DNA from: Schizosaccharomyces osmophilus
Lineage: Eukaryota
Length of the DNA stretch: 64,000 nt
Assembly: GCF_027921745.1 (NCBI RefSeq)
Contig: NC_079240.1
Location: forward strand, 2,108,001-2,172,000
Direction of reading: 5' to 3'
Shown in pieces: positions 58,985 to 64,000 of the stretch. Made by a program: the position numbers and the translations under genes. Below the pieces are notes generated by a model. The model was not told where the DNA came from and ran no database searches. It was given only the letters and a program-made list of their open reading frames with translations. Positions within the stretch are counted from its first letter, which is position 1. Each line of letters begins with the position of its first letter.

Positions 58985-59548
58985 ATGGCTGACCGTCGAA
59001 AAGCAACGATTCACTTAGGTAAGTATTGCTGGGATGCGACAAGAGCTGTTTAACAAATCCTTTTTCATTGACGAAGATGTGAGTTGTTCTTGTATTCTTT
59101 GCAAAACAAAAAAACTCAGCTGGTTTGCTAACGTTCATACGTTTAGGCAATCTTGCTCCAGGTGTAACAGAAAATGTCCTCTACAACGCTTTTATACCAT
59201 TTGGTGAAATTATAACGGTCGCACTGCATAACAAAGAAAAAGGTACGTAGGAGACAGATGGATATTGAAACAACGCTAATACATTTTAGCGGATCGCTGC
59301 TTTGCATTTTTAGAGTTTGAAAGTTCTGAGGATGCAAAAGAGGCTATAGCCAACATGAACTATTCCGTTTTGTATGACCGTGTGATTCGAGTTTCACCAG
59401 CAAATTTCGCATTATCTACCGAAGAAACCCCCGTTCCTGACTCAGGTATGATTATACCTTTTTTGGTTTCTAGTATTTTCCTCAACTGACCATTTTACTA
59501 GCTATGATTACTTCCTCGGGTACGCCTCCATCCGTTTCAAACTCTTAG
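58985..59548 (+). CDS. Stand-alone RRM protein resembling the cyclophilin E (PPIE) RRM (4 exons)
   Basis: MADRRKATIHL|GNLAPGVTENVLYNAFIPFGEII..EDAKEAIANMNYSVLYDRVIRV; canonical introns. Confidence 0.82.
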
Positions 59549-59817
59549 ATTCATTCTACGCATTCCCTAAATCTGAATATGTCATGTTCCTCCTCCATTT
59601 TGTTCAACTCGAACGGGATGAAACCAAGTATATAGTCTTCACACGTCTCTAGGATTCAATTTACGTATTTAATAAATACTTTCTTTACTTAAACAACATA
59701 AATGGCTTAATATATCTCCCTTTTATTTACTTATCCTTTTCTGAATCCCGCTTTAGCAAATAAACCCATACCGTTGCTAATCCATATTGCGCAGGTTTTG
59801 GTACTTCGTTATTTGTT

Positions 59818-59841
59818 AGGGTAGGGTTTGATTTGTGACTG
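59818..59841 (+). promoter_or_regulatory. Homol E (AGGGTAGGGT) plus Homol D (TGTGACTG) promoter of U4 snRNA
   Basis: Exact motifs at 59818-59827 and 59834-59841, followed by TATATAT and U4. Confidence 0.75.
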
Positions 59842-59887
59842 CTCGCAAGATGTTATATATACGCTGTCTTGGGCTTCACCGTTCCCC

Positions 59888-60015
59888 ATCTTTGTGCACG
59901 GGTATTACGCTTATCAGTGAGGAGCTTTTCCTAGATGGCGTTATTGCTAGTTGAAAACTATAACCCTGACCGCTCCAACTCGTCGTGAGACGTTTTGGGA
60001 ATATTTGGAAACCAA
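59888..60015 (+). ncRNA. snu4: U4 spliceosomal snRNA
   Basis: ATCTTTGTGCACGGGTATTACGC..TGAGG..TTGCTAGTTGAAAAC matches recalled S. pombe U4 (U6-pairing stems); 3' Sm-like AATATTTGG. Confidence 0.93.
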
Positions 60016-60297
60016 TTCTTTGCTATAATTCATATGTCCAAGATGTGTGATTTTCGCAGTTGTTGGTTCGTGCTTATTGTCTTGATTTTGTAATGTATAC
60101 TGTGCTTGCGTGTTGTGAGTGGTGAATTAAGTCTTTGTTATTCGTATTATCAATTGAACATTGTAGTAACTCGTAAACTCTTAGCTGCTAACAATATTCG
60201 TTTGTTTTCTAAAATTATGGGGATTCATTGACTTGTAGAATTGAAGTAAGAGATAGAAATTTACCGATTTCAGTCCAGGAATAGTTCATTAAATAAA

Positions 60298-61677
<1,380 letters not shown>

Positions 61678-62922
61678 CTATGTCTACTTTATGTAAGTAT
61701 TTTTAAATTTCAATTTACTAAAAAAAAGTGTCAAACCCTTCGACAAAAGTATTTAAAACTTTTTCCAACGGCCATAAAACTTTCCAATTTATAGGAAAAA
61801 TTTATTGACTCATTTTCTTCATCAATTTCAACATTTTGTCCTTCTTTGGCGTGATATCAGCAACAAATCTATGAACGAGCTACTGTTGTGATCAAAGGAC
61901 AACATTACAGTCCATACGGGCATTGCTTCCCTGGTCTCCTCTTTAAATTTTTTTCGCTCGATGAATGCTGCTGATTTTACAAAGTGTCTATGTGACCCAA
62001 AACCGTCTTGGAAGAGAAATTGACTATCAAATATAACAAAAGGTATTTTCCAACTCTTTCTTGGTGGCTTTCAAGAATTTGTTGTTTACGGTCTGTTCTG
62101 TTAGCATTGTGAAAGTACGACTTGAAATGAATCAACTATCACAGCATATGGATCCAGCCGATACTATAAGGTCAATTGAAAGATGGAATTTTTAGTCGCC
62201 AACATGGGAAAAAGCGGAATCTGCTTCATTTTTAACTCCATTCTATTAGTACCGTTTTCATCGTTGCCTTTAATGTCTCGTATTGATCATGTTTTCCAAA
62301 AAAACATCCGTAAAGGTAGAATGAAGATTCTACTTGTATACACTTGTTTGTTCATTCTTACGACAGATATATTTTCAACATTCTATTCACCACAGTATCC
62401 AGTGCTACTAGAACATTACAAGACTAAAGAAGAGACATATTACAAATGGTATGCAAACTAAAGGTGAAGGGGAATTTTAGAAATGTGATTATCCTTTCGG
62501 AGATGATTTCAGGAAGGAAGATGGAGAAGGAATAAATTCTATTTCTGGCAATATTCAGTTTAATTATTACAGTTTATGGAAGATGTGTAATAACACCAGT
62601 AAGTACTCTCATTGATGTTTGAATATGTAAGTAATAATTAAGAGGTGTTGTTCTATACGTGATCAAAATGACAATGACTAATGCGTAAATAACAATGCTA
62701 TGAAAGGAAAAGTGAAACGAATTAAAAGATTCACAAAAGAGAGAACGGAAAGCAAATAAACAATGACACATACAATCTGTCCTTGCTTGCTGCGTGCTAT
62801 CCTTTTGGTACAAATATAAAAGCTTGAAGGCTTGCGTTTAGCACCACTATTCCCATAGATGGCGCGAAATTAAAAAGTAGTAAACCAGGTTCGGAGAGAA
62901 TAAGAAAAAAAGGACAGAAACC

Positions 62923-63990
62923 TTAAACTTCACTTCTCTGCTCAGCAAGAGGTTGAAGTTTGATCTCTTCGTTTTCAGGTACTTCCTCTCTCTCATTTAT
63001 TTGTTCTAAATAGGTTAATGAGATGCTATGAAAGAAAAAACTACAAAACGTACATACCTGAAGTATGAGTCAAAAAGTTTCCTAAATAGCATAAGCCTTT
63101 TCCTATGCCTTTTCCTAAGCCGCTTACGCCTGTTTCTATGCCACTTACTAAATCAACGAAGATGAAGCCCATGCTTTTTATGCGTGCTTGGTTTTGCTAG
63201 GACAGTTAGAATAATTCGCAGATATATGACATACTCGTCAAAACAAGAAATAAGGCTATGCCAATGACACAAATAAACCGGTAACAAAAAGAATTCATAT
63301 TGTCAAACCCTATTAACTTTTTTATGTAATAGTATAAGACAAAACCGAGAACAATGAGTGTACCCAAAGAGAATGCTGCGATACACATATTGCACACAAG
63401 CTTTATGATTGCTCTTCCAGCTTGAGTGAACCATCCCGGATAGGTTATGAACGTCACAATTTATAAGTCAGTAGTTCAGAATTAAGGCATCGTTGACTTA
63501 CCAATTGCAATGGATTCAATAGAACTGCCAGCAAGCCCATTAAAAAAACTTTCGTATGCACAGAAACGTTGTAACCAAAAATTACGGCAAGAAAAAAATA
63601 TTGTTAATAATAGCTAGAGTAGCCGCTATGCCTCTGATAATGTGGTTCCAAAACTTTTGAGTCTCAGAAGGATCCGAGCTAGTATTATTAGCGGATTCTT
63701 GAGCGGATCCATCAGCCATTTCCAAATTAATGGATTTATACGAATCTAGTGGATGTATTTGAAGCAATTCTTTTCGTTGTATGCAAGAAGGATAAAGGTG
63801 TTAACCATGTTTGTTGACAGAGAACGGGAGCCAACCTTAAGCAAAGTGAAACAATTGACCTTTTCTGTTACATCTTACCTGAGTACGGAGGATGTGTGCC
63901 ATCTGTAGGGGACTGACTACCTGACTTTTCATCATTGAGCGTTTTAAGGGAGGCTTCCGAACTCGAAACAGGAGTATAACTATTCTTCAT
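62923..63990 (-). pseudogene. wtf: wtf meiotic driver family gene, five exons, apparently disabled
   Basis: Exon 1 63879-63990 encodes MKNSYTPVSSSE..HPPYS; second in-frame ATG at 63719; TM-rich exons 2-3; exon 4 GLGKGIGKG repeat; exon 5 ends QRSEV*. Two frameshifts and a non-AG acceptor at intron 2. Confidence 0.88.
63808..63818 (-). promoter_or_regulatory. FLEX-like (Mei4/forkhead) motif GTCAACAAACA in wtf intron 1
   Basis: One mismatch to GTAAACAAACA, about 90 bp upstream of the internal ATG at 63719. Confidence 0.65.
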
Positions 63991-64000
63991 CTTTACAAAG

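Overview
Eukaryotic, intron-rich fission-yeast DNA. The genes are clearly Schizosaccharomyces but diverged from S. pombe; the S. octosporus/osmophilus/cryophilus clade is most likely (inference). The window holds about 35 housekeeping genes (ade5 to met17), three tRNAs and U4 snRNA, in blocks matching different S. pombe regions. Four things stand out. (1) A Mug135/Tdk1-family (DUF1773) candidate killer meiotic driver sits beside a degenerate 5S rRNA copy at a synteny break (~14-17 kb). (2) A five-exon wtf poison-antidote driver at the right end keeps its PPY exon 1 and FLEX-like intron-1 motif but has several disabling lesions. (3) A pogo-derived CENP-B/Cbp1-like gene lies between snx3 and mrpl38. 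(4) A small spliced gene at the mug106 position resembles Elongin B, which yeasts are usually said to lack. All homology calls are by eye and from memory; no searches were run.
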